Assembly: GCA_964016885.1 (NCBI GenBank)
Contig: OZ024740.1
Span: 275,652,001 to 275,716,000 of the forward strand
Source: Eledone cirrhosa
Lineage: Eukaryota
Direction: 5' to 3'
Length of the DNA stretch: 64,000 bases
The notes beneath the pieces are model-generated. The model made no database searches. It had not been told where the DNA came from and worked only from the letters and a program-made list of their open reading frames with translations. Numbering within the stretch: position 1 is the first letter of the stretch; the number at the start of each line of letters is the position of its first letter. The translations under genes were made by a program, and so were the position numbers. This document shows positions 25,000-37,577 of the stretch, one piece after another.

Positions 25000-25507
25000 G
25001 GTGTGCACTGAATTAAACAACTTACCAGAAATGGGTGGACAAGGAATTAGGTGTACACAGTTATACACCCCCTTTATACATCCATAGAGCTTTTCACTCA
25101 TACACATAGACACATACACCATATATATGTCTATATATATATATATGTATATATATAAAATTGCAAGTTTGAGGAACTATTAGATAAAATATATATAGTA
25201 TTTCCTCTCCCTAGTCCGTCTAATTATATATATATACTCCTTTGTACATATATATGTATATATATATATATATATATACAGGGAGTGTAATGCTAAGAGT
25301 TGGGCTAGATCGATACAGATCGAACCTTTAGCTGATCTATAGTGAAACGCGCATCACCAATCAATAAACATAATGAAAGCTAAACAAATTGTCCTTGTAT
25401 TTTATATATATATATATATATATATATTTAACAAAGAAGGTGTGGTAAGGAACGAGATGGACCATAACGCACCAGAGTACTCAATACTTAGGGTAGTAGA
25501 GTGGGTA

Positions 25508-25602
25508 ATAGGAAATGTTCGACCCCAACGGCAGAGTTCAGCGTCCAGAAATAGCCGTCGAAATTACTTGAGCTCTGCCGTCGGGGTCAAACATTTTCCT
25601 AT
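25508..25602. other. ~95-nt hairpin (33-bp stem)
   Basis: ATAGGAAATGTTCGACCCCAACGGCAGAGTTCA ... TGAGCTCTGCCGTCGGGGTCAAACATTTTCCTAT. Confidence 0.75.
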
Positions 25603-25604
25603 GA

Positions 25605-25945
25605 TGGAGGCACATGGCTTAGTGGTTAGAACATTGGCCTTGCAATCGAAAGGTTGTGAGTTCAATTCTCAGACCGGGTGATGTGTTGTTTCCTTGAGCA
25701 AGACACTTTATTTCACATTGCTCCAGTTTACTCAGCTGTAGAAATGAGATGAGAGGGACTGGGGTCCCTATCATTCCATTGCAAAGTGGTCGTGTAGGTG
25801 CCATGGCAAAAAAGCACCCAGCACTCACTATAAATGAGGTTGGTGTTAGGAAGGGCTTCCAGCTGTAGAAATCAAGCCAGAATCAGTTCCCGTCCCACCC
25901 TTGCAAGCAGGGAAAAGTGGACGTAAAATGAAATGATGAAATGAA
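25605..25945 (+). mobile_element. tRNA-derived SINE family B with RTE-derived 3' tail
   Basis: tRNA-like head with A and B boxes, CCTTGAGCAAGACACTT core-like motif, tail GTTGGTGTTAGGAAGGGC..CCAGCTGTAGAAA ... GGACGTAAAATGAAATGATGA. Confidence 0.85.
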
Positions 25946-26481
25946 AACGATATATAGATATATATGTATGTATGTGTGTGTATTACAAGTCATAATTTCT
26001 TAGTATATGTTAGTTTAAATATTTATGTTTATATACATAGAGATGCACACATATGCACATCTCATTCATGCATATTTACAGCTATGCATGTTTTTTGTGT
26101 GTATTTGTTATTCTATATATTCTGGATATGAACTATTTGAAGTATTGTTTCATTTTTTAATTTTTTCTGCAAGTTTAAAGTTATTTCAAAAATCTCTACC
26201 AATTCAAGTCATATATATATATATAATGATATTTAATAAATGGAAACTATATTTATAAAACCATATTTATTCTATTATATATATTTCACGGGTACCAAAA
26301 CTTTGGTACGCTTTCATCAAATAAAATACAAAGTTTGACATAACCAAGAAAAGATATCTTACCGGTTCAAGTTTTTTTTGTAAAGTCATATATATATAAG
26401 TTATTCCGGGTTGAATCAGAGGTAACCACAGTAAGTAAGGTACTCAATACATAGCAGAGTATAAAAGTTTTAATATAGATG

Positions 26482-26529
26482 AGATTCTACAGGACTAGAA
26501 CTGTTTCATTTTTGAGAAATCATCAGGAA

Positions 26530-26532
<3 letters not shown>
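26482..26532 (-). ncRNA. Type I hammerhead ribozyme (best-preserved copy)
   Basis: Minus strand: AGATTC-CTGATGA-TTTCTCAAAAAT-GAAA-CAG-TTCTAGTC-CTG-TA^GAATCT. Intact core, 6-bp stem I, stem III closing at a GUA triplet, weak stem II. Lies within repeat 26400-26535. Confidence 0.62.
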
Positions 26533-26573
<41 letters not shown>

Positions 26574-26596
26574 GTACATATATACATATATATATA

Positions 26597-26639
<43 letters not shown>

Positions 26640-26671
26640 TATGTATCTATATATATATATATGTATATACA

Positions 26672-26712
<41 letters not shown>

Positions 26713-26911
26713 TATGAAATACTGTTGGCTTCACGCTTACAATCATTTCTATACTTTCATTTATATATATATATACATATATATATATATGTATGTACAT
26801 ATACATATATATACACATATATATAAATACATATATATATACATACACGCGCACACATATATATATATTATATACATGTGTGTGTATATATATATATATA
26901 TAGATAGATAG

Positions 26912-26948
<37 letters not shown>

Positions 26949-26957
26949 TATATATAA

Positions 26958-27030
<73 letters not shown>
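26533..27030. repeat. (TA)n-rich microsatellite block
   Basis: Direct reading. Confidence 0.95.
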
Positions 27031-27031
<1 letters not shown>

Positions 27032-27652
27032 CTTACTGAAAAGTTAATGAAATTTGGACGCAAAAAATTATAAATCTGTTAAACAAAATATCAAATTTAT
27101 GGTTACATCTATAAGTTGAAAATCAAACAAACTGCTTGTATGTTTTAATAGTGTTAACATTTTCCTACAAGCAGTATTTAACCACAAATGTAGCTTATAA
27201 ACGTTTTTAGTCTTCTGTTGTATTTTTCTCTTCCTAGTTTATTCCCCCCTGTTAGGTCTTGAATGTTTGGTTCATTCTTATTGTTTGGTTTTATTCTTGT
27301 TATATAGTTATTGTTGGTTTTTATTTTTAGATTTGATTTTATGCTTCTGTATGAAATGTTATGTATTAATTTTGTGACTATTACTTTGACTGTGTGCATG
27401 TGTTGTTTTTATCGTTTTCATTTTCTTATTATGTTTGATGTTGGAGGCAAAGAAATTTTCTGTTTTGAATATCCCAGAGCAATTGTGAACTTACATGAAA
27501 GTATAAAAAACCAAAGAAACAATACCAAGAAAAATAACAAAAATATTCAGAATGATGATGATAATAATAACTAATAGTAATAACTTTTGTTAATTTCTCA
27601 TGATATAAATAACAATGATAAACAAGCTGAATAAATATAGGCTATAGGTATA

Positions 27653-27734
<82 letters not shown>

Positions 27735-28020
27735 GTACACACATATATATATTATATATATATATAAACATTTGGAAATCTAGATATAACAAAGACAATT
27801 GTTCATAACAAATTAATATAGTTCATATTCATGGTACATTTGATGCCAATTGTAGCTTCATAAAACATATTTACTGTTAGATATTTGCTCTTAGCATTTT
27901 CCTTTTACTGACCATGGTTGATTGCTAGAGATTATCATTTTAAACTAAGGAAATTGGTCCTATGTCTGCATAGTTCTTAGGAATTCTACTGTTTTCTTAT
28001 TGTTTTTTGTGTTTAATCAG

Positions 28021-28075
28021 GGAAGGAAGGACAGTTCGCACAGTACTTTTCAGAACTTCCAAGACTGTTGAGAAA
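28021..28075 (+). other. Possible small internal exon
   Basis: T-rich tract plus CAG acceptor ending at 28020, 55 nt open as EGRTVRTVLFRTSKTVEK, GTAAAT donor. No partner exons identified. Confidence 0.2.
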
Positions 28076-29417
28076 GTAAATATATCCTTAAACTGGAGAT
28101 CTGCTATATGACTTAAGACCACTGCCTTGCCACAGCTTGCTAATGGCACTCAGTGGCCAGGTGATGGTGTTAAGTCAGACAGCATATTCAATCAACCACA
28201 CATAAAGTTTACAACAGAATTTGAACTAATACAGTAAAGAGCTGGAAAAATATATCACAAGATATCCTATCCAATGCTCTAAGCATTCTCCCAATTCCTT
28301 GTCATGGACTGGTACTTTTCTTTTTTTCAAACTCAAATGGCTAAAAGGCAAAGTTGAACTCAGTGGAATTTGAACTTAAGCACAGCCAGCCAGAAGAAAT
28401 AGGGCAAAGTGTTTTGTCCTATGCTTAAACAACTCTGTCTATTTGCCACTTGACCAAAACTGATACAAAGTAGGAAATCTGAATATTCAATTAGAATATT
28501 CTTTCTCTTCAATTTTTTGATTTTAGTTAAATATTTCAAAATGAGATAAGTTAAGAGGTATTCATCAATTTTTAATTAAATCAGGATTAATCACAGATTA
28601 TATCTACATAATTCAACTAATATGGACAAAATGAGAAAGAGATGGGGATATGCTTTCATAAAATAAAAGTAGTTGTATCATTTGGGGAAAAGATATTTTT
28701 TTAATTTTAGATCACTGCCTTAATTTCGTTTGAGTATACTTCTTCCAAAGATTGCAACAAATGTATATTTTTTTGTTCTTCATTTCTTTATTCAACCTTC
28801 AGCCAATAAAGAATTTTTAAAATGACCATTGTCACGTTTATGAATATTCTAAACTAATTTTTAGGCCATGTCTTTTGTTCATCAAATATATTTTTATTGG
28901 TGAGAGAGAAGAGAAATAAAGAAGTTATATTCCTACTACATTATTTATTTATATATGTTTTTGTTTGTAGCAAAGGAACAGATTTCTATTTTGGTTGTAG
29001 CAAACAGATCGAGTCAAGAGTTATGTTATTAAATCACTCCATCTACAGAAATTATTGAACTTCTGTAGAAGGATTTTAATAATATAATAACTCCTAACTC
29101 TAATTCTTTACTACAACAAAAAATACAACTCGCTCCTTTGTTACAGCTACAGAATAAATAAATAACTAAACAAATACTATATAATAATAATGTAGTACTT
29201 CTTTTCTCTTTCTTTGCCACAAAAAATTATTTGATGAAAGCAATTCTTATACACTATATTGCAATTAGAATTCAACTTGAAAGTTTTTCAACCGAAATAA
29301 AAACAATCTATAATTTTAATTCTAATTGAATTCAATAAAAAATGTTTAATTTCAAATTTCAATAGGGCTCATATTTTTTTAGTTAAAGCTTATACTGGAC
29401 AATTGCCTTAATATGTT

Positions 29418-29660
29418 TCATCATCATCATCATCATCATTATCATTTAACGTCCATCTTCCACGCTAGCATGAGTTAGACGGTTTGTTATATTTTTGTTC
29501 CATTTTTGTTCTATTTGATGCGGGACTAGTCGGGAGATCATGCCTTGCTCACACGGAAGCGTCTCTGGCAGGTTTTTTTTATACAACTGGATGCCCTTGC
29601 TAACACCAAACCCATTTACAGTGTGGACTGGGAGCCTTTTCACCTACACGGCCACCTTAC
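29418..29660 (-). mobile_element. Diverged RTE-type 3' tail
   Basis: (CAT)n-TTAACGTCC-CCACGCTAGCATG ... CTGGATGCCCTTGCTAACACCAA. Confidence 0.75.
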
Positions 29661-29910
29661 AGACATATATATATATTCCACACACACGATGTAAAATAAT
29701 GATGATTTATATATATACACCACCATTCAGGATAAGAAATAGACAGACACGCACAAGCAGACACAAGAAGAGGAAAAAAAGAATGTCTTACTTAAAGAGG
29801 AAATTCTGAAAAGACTTTGACAGCTATTTCTAGCATATTTAAAAATTGCATTTTTATTTAATCAGACAATAAGTATTATAAAAACAAAAATGGCAACTTG
29901 TTGTTTAGTC

Positions 29911-30097
29911 ATAATTGTTTCTACTTTAGGCCCAAGGCCAGCAATAACCCAGTGCATTACTGGTACTTTATTTTATTGACCCTGTAAGGATGAAAGGCAA
30001 AGTCAACCTCGGCGGGATTTGAACTCAGATCGTAAAGGGACGTAACTATGCTGGAAAGCATGGCGTCCAACCCTCTACCGATACTGCCAATCCACCA
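29911..30097 (-). mobile_element. SINE family A, full length
   Basis: Near-identical to 7464-7655. Confidence 0.85.
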
Positions 30098-30598
30098 GTC
30101 ATAATGGTCAGTCATATCATTAGGAATTAACAATTACTTGAACACAGTAGATAAACTAGACATTAGACAGTCCATTTCTTTTTCTTCAATTAATAACACT
30201 ACAAAATGTTAAAACTCACCTCTCCTCTGTATTAGAAGATAAAATGAAGGATAGAAGAAAATACATGACATTGAGTACTTAAATAGGAAGAAAAGGAGGA
30301 AAAGGGCTAGGATCATAAAGCAAATTTAAAGATTATATATAAATTATTCTTACTGCTGATGGAAGAAGAGCAGTTCATAGCAAGATTGGAAAAATACAAA
30401 ATAAATTGCCTTGTAGTTACTAATTGTTTCCCTATTTTGATTTCAAATTTTGCTTTAGTCAACCTCAGCTTCTCTCTGTCCTTGATGAAACAAACTACAA
30501 GTTGAGTACTGAGATTGATTCAAATGGTCCCCCCACTCCCAGATGTTTGTGAACTGGTACTAATGGGATATTATTGCAGGCTGTTAATATTAACCTCA

Positions 30599-30799
30599 TA
30601 CAAGGGTCAGCTGAAAGGTTCATGAGCTGACCAAGATATTCTCATGGAATTACCAAATGAGGTTTACTTTTCAATATATTCCCTGGAAAAAAAGGTGTAG
30701 TTATTAATAAGAAGAGTTGAAATTAATGCATACAAGATTTCACAGCTCTTGCATCATTCACTCCTTCATAATCTATGAACTTTTCAGCCAACCCTCATA
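30599..30799 (+). mobile_element. Tc1/mariner-type MITE
   Basis: TA-CAAGGGTCAGCTGAAAGGTTCAT ... ATGAACTTTTCAGCCAACCCTCA-TA; same family as 12125-12323, with a partial copy at 43157-43330. Confidence 0.75.
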
Positions 30800-31221
30800 T
30801 TATTTGATTTATAAAACAATGCATTTAAAACAGTTTGATCTATTTGCCACAAGGTGCCCTATTAACCTTGATACAATATTTATTTGAGGCTATGTTCCAA
30901 TGTTCTAGTCTTGTAAAGTAAATATATTGTTGTTTGTTTAGTCAAAGAAGAAGAGTAATACACGTGACTATTTTCATGGCTCCTGAAACTGGTAGGAGTA
31001 AGTTATCCTCAGACTAAAAATTGACTCAAATGCTTGGAATAGTAGTCTTTGCTAAAGGCATCCAAGGACCAAGGGGTAGTATTCAACCAGTCTATGGATT
31101 AAGTCAAAGATAGACAGCTACTTTCAAAAAGAGTTGAAGAAGCCTCTATGTGGTTGTACAATGTGCTATAATAGTAGCCAAATTTCCCTGAAATCACACT
31201 AAATCATTCTAAAATAAGACA

Positions 31222-31348
31222 GAGATTTTCATGTTATTTATTTTGAGAACAACACCTTAACATCAGTATAAGCAGCTGGTTACAGCTAGTTTGAACAGAA
31301 AGAGGTGAGAGAATTCTGGCTGGAATGGCCGGTTTAAATGCTGAAGGG
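31222..31348 (-). mobile_element. piggyBac-type MITE, truncated
   Basis: Ends TAAATGCTGAAGGG-TTAA; internal homology to 89-310. Confidence 0.7.
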
Positions 31349-31486
31349 TTAATTCTGCTTCACTCATTAACCAATAAAAGAACCTCATTTGTTCTTATAT
31401 GAAATTGGTAAGTAAGCTTCTCTTCAATTAATACCCCTGCTCCAAATTGTGATCAAATGGTTCCAATTATGTATAGCCATCCTTAA

Positions 31487-31697
31487 CCCTTTAGCATTTA
31501 AACTGGCTGTATCAGGCCAGAATTTTCTCACTTTTTTTCTGTTTAAACCGGCTGTAACTGGCTGCTCAAGATATTGTTCTCAAAATAAATAATATCAAAA
31601 TCCCATAGATTTGATATTATGTGAGAGAATTATGTGAGGTAAAGCCTTCACCATGAAAATACAATAGTTAATATAGAGTAATGTAAATGCTAAAGGG
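31487..31697 (+). mobile_element. piggyBac-type MITE
   Basis: TTAA-CCCTTTAGCATTTA ... TAAATGCTAAAGGG-TTAA; perfect 14-bp TIR and TTAA TSD. Confidence 0.88.
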
Positions 31698-33726
31698 TTA
31701 AAACAAGGACAAACATTTTGAACAATATATTGTGCTGATACATAAATTGATGGAATTGTCATATCTGGCAAGGCTTTGCTTTTAGATCTGCTGGATAAGA
31801 TCAGTGCTGACCTGAAGCTAAATAACAAGAAACAACTTGAAATTTCACAAAAAGAAAAAAATAATTAACTGTCAAGACAAGACCCTAAATCTCCAAGAAA
31901 CTTTCAAATAAGATAACCATCAATCTTCCACTTTGTGTCAGTACTGGTTAAATAAAGGAATTCATAAGAGCCATACAAACATGAACGAGAGAGTAAGATT
32001 TGAATTATTTCACAGAAGTGTTTAATAACTGATGAATATGATATTTCATTAACCAATAAAAATAATATAACCCACTGTGTCTGATCTGCTATATTTGTTT
32101 AACATTACCTGTAACAGAGCAAATCACTGTCTTTCAACAAACAATTATACTCTACAACATGTATTAAGTACTCATTCTCTCATTCTTATATCTGAAACAA
32201 AAAAAAAATGCACTTGTTATAAATATATATATATATACACACACACATACTCACACAAAAGAATGGTGTGTAGGAATGATAAGGAAGATCGTGATATCAG
32301 TGCATACGCAATCATATATCTCGATGCACATTATACACACAGATATGGGTGGGTGTGTATGTTTGTTTTGCATCTATTTTGCCATGCTTGGCTGAATGTA
32401 TAACAGTGAATATTTATTTACTCATGAGATTTTTTTTAGTTAGTCACCAACTTATTATTGTTACAGCCTTACCCATAGCTAATGTTTCCAAAATCCATCA
32501 AAAGATTTTTTTTCTTCTAGTCATCCATACCTTCCTCTTCAAAAAAATTCATATATTCATCTCCTTTCAATGTTTTTTTCTCTCTCATTCTGCCCCCACA
32601 TTCCACTAGCTTCAGTTAAGGCTTTGTTAATTAATAACTGGTCTTACATTACAGCCATAAGATGTTTTATGACACTTTGTTGTTGGTGGTGGTGGTGATG
32701 TTATTGTTCTTCTGACAAGATATTATTTTTCCCTAGTGAGCAACATTTCACCTCTGTGCTAGGATCAATATGAAAGTTTTATAGACTGTAGATAGACAGG
32801 TTATCTATCAGTAATTCCAATGTTCTACTATTTATTTATCTTCATTTGTATTTTTTTTTTTTTTGTTATTATTGAGAAATGAAAAGTGATTTTTTTTACT
32901 ACTTGTATTTTTTATGTTTGGGGGTAGGGGCACTCTTTTAGCCAGGCATTAAATATCTTTGCAAATACTTTATAGATAGTTACTATTTCAACAAGATTTT
33001 TTTTTCATAGTTTGTGGATATTAAGAACCTTTCACTTGTTGGTGTGTTCCAGTATCTGGGTTACGTCCTGGTTTTTTTACATCTTTACATCTTTGTTCTA
33101 AGGTTTTATATACGCTACTCTCAGTTTTTTTTTTGTTTGTCTCTGCCTTTTTTATTTATGGTCTTTTTTTATTGAAAAAAAAAAAAAGCATTCCTCAGAA
33201 CTTATCTATTTTCTCAACATTTCTATCTATTTTGTTTTTGCTTTTTTTCAGCTCTTGACAAAAACATTTTAGGCTTAAAAGATGAATCACATGCATTCTT
33301 CACGGAAAAAAAGATTGCTGTTTTGTTAAGCCTTCTAATCATTTCTGCACTTGAATTTTTTGTTTTAGATTTTTCATGAATTCAGAACTTGCCCGCTTTG
33401 TTTATTTTTCATTTCTTTACTAGTTTTTTTTCTTTTATTTGTTATTTGTTTATGTTCACCCTTAATATCTTAATTTCATTAAGAATTTTAAGTATTTCTT
33501 TTTGTTTGTTTATAGTATTCCAAGTAAAAAGTAATTTCAACATAATTTCTTGGGTACATTTCACTAACCAAAATGGTAGCAGCTCCTGCTATTTTCATTA
33601 ACATTTTCATGGCAACAATTGGGTTTATTTTTAACTACTAATAACTCTCATATTGATGTTGGTGCCGTATTTATGAGAATACAAAACGTATAATCATTAT
33701 TTTTTTTAATGATTATGTTGATTTAG

Positions 33727-33812
33727 GCATTGGTGTATATGTATTGCTTCTATTAAACCCAATTCTGGGTAGCATTGGTGTATATGTATTGCTTCTATTA
33801 AACCCAATTCTG
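33727..33812. repeat. 41-bp direct duplication (45-bp spacing)
   Basis: GCATTGGTGTATATGTATTGCTTCTATTAAACCCAATTCTG occurs twice. Confidence 0.9.
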
Positions 33813-34267
33813 CACCAGTTGTTTTCACATTAACACTGGCAGTGTTTCGAGTCCTCTAGACATTGTTTTGTCATCTTTCTGGTGGTCTGATTCTTTTTCA
33901 TTGACTTTGGACATCTCCTTTGAATATCCAATTGACCATAGCTCTCTCCTGCTACAAGTCTCTGTTATTTATTAGATTTTCAAGTAATTTATATATATTT
34001 AAGAAAGTGCAATGATTTCTATGCTAGTTTTGATGTCATTTTGGTCTATCTCTGGATTACCCTGAGAAAATTGTGTAGCCACCTTCATATATTTTTATAC
34101 ACTTTTTGCATGCTTTTACTTTTCTGTTTTACCATCAGATCATCCTTGGACAATTTCCATAACATATCTGTTTTTCTATGAGAAGAGGTTACTAACACTC
34201 ACTAACTCTTCTCCATTTTTATAGAAGACACTATGTAGTCTCCCACAACTTTTCTCATGGCAATTCA

Positions 34268-34324
34268 AAGAGAGAGAGGGGGAGAAAGAAAGAGAGAAAG
34301 AGAGAGAGGGGAGAGAGGGAGAGA

Positions 34325-34413
<89 letters not shown>
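34268..34413. repeat. (GA)n microsatellite
   Basis: Direct reading. Confidence 0.95.
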
Positions 34414-34414
<1 letters not shown>

Positions 34415-34974
34415 AGTATAAACCCCAGTACTTAACTAGTACTTTATTTCTAATTCTAATTTGGCTTAAAGCTAGCAAATTTGGTATAAGGGCATTGTTC
34501 ATTAAATCAACCCTAGTACTTGACTGGTATCTTATTTTATCATTACTTTATTTATTGACTCCAGAAGGATGAAAGGCAACATTAACCACAGTAATATTTG
34601 AACTCAGAGTACAGAGAGCCAGAACTAATACTATGAGGTAATCAATCTAATACTTCAATCCATTCTACCAATTCCTTGTCTTGCTTACTTAGGAGATATT
34701 CACATTCTTGGCTTTTTAAATCATTTTTAGTTTTTGTAGTTTTCTTAATCTATTTTTGTATGTTGCTTATATTTTCACTGCTCATTTTATGCTTTTAAAT
34801 ATTTCAATTTAATAACAAATATATCATTTTTTAATGTGTATCTTTTTGAACCATGTATTGGATGTATTATTTAATTTGGAAATACCTAAACTTAGTACAG
34901 CTCAGGTTCCATGTATATTTGGTACCACTTTGGTTAGAAAATTTATAGCAATTTAGTAATATAGAAATCAATTT

Positions 34975-35145
34975 TGCCAACCTTTACCTATGGTCATGAA
35001 TCTTGAATAATAAGAGAAAGAATATGGTTGTGAATACAAGCTGCCGAAATGGGGTTCCTCAGAAGGCTCTTTGGAGTAATGTTACTCAATAGAGTGCATA
35101 GCTTGGTTATTAGAGAGTCACTCCAGGTAGAGCTGCTACTTCTCT
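34975..35145 (+). pseudogene. Fragment of a different RTE (Rex3/Expander-like) C-terminal region
   Basis: Translates as PTFTYGHES*IIRERIWL*IQAAEMGFLRRLFGVMLLNRVHSLVIRESLQVELLLL, matching the RTE motif YG.E.W ... IQAAEM.FLRR. Confidence 0.7.
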
Positions 35146-35705
35146 CCCCTCTACATGCCACAGATGTTGTTGAAGGGAAAAACAATGGCAGATACAGCTT
35201 GGCACCAGTGATGTCGCAATTCATTTGTGAACTGGGGCAATGTGAAATAAAATGTTTTGCTCAAGATCACAACACACTGTCCAATATGGGATCTGAACTC
35301 ACAACTTTATAATTGTGAGCTCAATGCTCTAACCATTTGTAGTACTTTTCTAAAAATTGTGACTGTTCACAGTTTTCTACAGCAATTCAATGTGAATTTC
35401 CACACTCATCTTGGAGTTCCAATTCTGAATTTTCTTCATTGTCACACCAAGTGCTTCAACAACGGAATAACTTCCATTCTATTGGATTAAAGTTTTCCCT
35501 AGAAGGATGAATAGCAAAGTTGACTTCAGCAGAATTTGAACTCAAAATGTAAAGAGCTGGAACAAATACTGCTATGTATTTGTCCAATACTCTAACAACT
35601 CTATCAATCCACCACAGTTGGTATAATTATAATAAATATTTAAAATAGAGGCCCAAGTCCACAACATTTATGAAAGTGATGTACACAAACCAGATAACTC
35701 TAGAT

Positions 35706-35868
35706 TAGGCATGGGCAACCTTTTTTGAGCAGTAGGCCACATGGATGTGGCTTATCATATAGCAGGCCACACTACTAAAAAATTCAAGGCAATTTTGGAA
35801 TTAGGCGTGCCCTTCAGAAAGCCAAACAAGCTGCTTGCGGCTCGCGGGCCGCAGTTTGCCCATGACTG
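35706..35868. mobile_element. hAT-type MITE
   Basis: TIR TAGGCATGGGCAAC / GTTTGCCCATGACTG; perfect 8-bp TSD CTCTAGAT at 35698 and 35869. Confidence 0.85.
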
Positions 35869-36868
35869 CTCTAGATAATATTAGATATGAAATGTACTTC
35901 ACATATAGTATAGCTAGTTATATCCAATATTATCCAATGTGCTTACCTTGTGTTAAGATAGTAGGGTGGGCTTTAAAATAAATTTAGTTGTTAGTTCTAG
36001 CAGATAACCTTGTAGATATTCTCCCAGCTTTTTAGATTTAGTTATTGTCGGTGTTGTTTAGCTCCCTGATCAGCCATGATCAGAGAAATATTTTTTAAAT
36101 GGGTGACCATCTTTTTTTTTTTTTTTGCAAATACAATGTATCAAGAACAAGATTGTTTGATGTGATCTTCCATATTTTAAGGTGGTTGGGTGTGATTTGA
36201 AGAAGATTTGGTTATTTCTCTTTACAGAGACTTTATCATTGTCTCATAAATGCCAATAGCCAAGAAGTTGATTGCATCAACATTCCACCCCACTTTCAAT
36301 GCATTAACTGCATTTATCACCTGAACATGGCAAATTGGTGGTTGTTAAAGTATTTTTTCTAGCTCAATGTACTCTGAGATCAAATCCTATTGTGGTTAAT
36401 TTGGCATTTCATCTTAGTGGAATTGATAAAATATTGTTCCTGTCAAATACTGAATTCATTTCATCCCCCTCTCTCTTCGCCCTCTCTCTCTGCTATCACT
36501 ATCTCCCTCTTTTCCTTCTCTCTCCTCTGCCCTGTAAGAAGGGTTGTGGATAACTGTTCACAGTGTCCTTTCTTCACAAACGGTGAAGGTTTGTTCAAGG
36601 GACTAGTAATCGCTTCTTATAAAAACAAAAAAAAAACTAATGTGCTCCTAGAACAATCCAAGGATGGACCAATACATAGCACAGCAGCATAAAATGGAAA
36701 TAAAGAAGAAAGTGTATAGATTATGGTTGATGAAAAGCAGAGTCAATTTAGATAAGGACGAACATCTAGAGGTATAAAATTATATAACTACCTACAAATT
36801 ATATGATCTGTCACTTTTATCAAAAGTTACATTATGTTCCTTTCCCTATTGTTGTACATAGATTTTAA

Positions 36869-37044
36869 CCCTTTAGCATTTACATTACTCTATATTTACT
36901 ATTATATTTTCATGGTGAAGGCTTTGCCTCACATAACATCTCACATAATATCGAATCTATGAGATTTTGATATTATTCATTTTGAGAATAATACCTTAAC
37001 ATCAATATGAGTAACATGTTATAGCTGGATTAAATGCTAAAGGG
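36869..37044 (-). mobile_element. piggyBac-type MITE, internally deleted
   Basis: Perfect TIRs and TTAA on both sides; 176 bp. Confidence 0.85.
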
Positions 37045-37238
37045 TTAAATATGGCAACAAGGGGGCATCACTCAAGATGCAAGAAATTGCCATCTATCTT
37101 CCGCAAATTATGGCCCTACCGACTTTCAAAAAATTAGAAGGACACTATAGTCACTGACATATAATATAAAAATACAGTAGGAATACCATTGATCATAGGT
37201 TTATTGGATCAGGGCTGATCTCAGGCTAAACAACAGCA

Positions 37239-37272
<34 letters not shown>

Positions 37273-37506
37273 TAAAGCTATAACATTTTCATATAAAATA
37301 ATATATATATATATATTCTAGATACTATATTTTCAACAAAAAAGAATAAAAACACAGAAAATCATAGGAAGATAATAATAAAGTAATTAAAATCAAAATG
37401 CTGCACAAAAAGAAAAAAATTAAAAAAATTACGCATCTTAACAGCAGTAGCAGCAGCAACATCAACAAAAACAACATCGATAATACTAATAAAGAAGAAA
37501 GAAAAA

Positions 37507-37577
<71 letters not shown>

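Noticed and set aside
14790-25016. Very long ORFs (400-2447 aa) as real genes
   Set aside because: Pure translations of a 13-codon unit open in four frames on both strands, with no unique domains.
25330-25360. Hammerhead-like CTGAT...GAAACGCG
   Set aside because: The core reads CTGATCT, lacking the essential GA, and no closing stems were found.
25605-25680. Genuine tRNA gene
   Set aside because: A and B boxes are present but I could not form a proper acceptor stem, and the sequence continues into a SINE body and LINE-derived tail.
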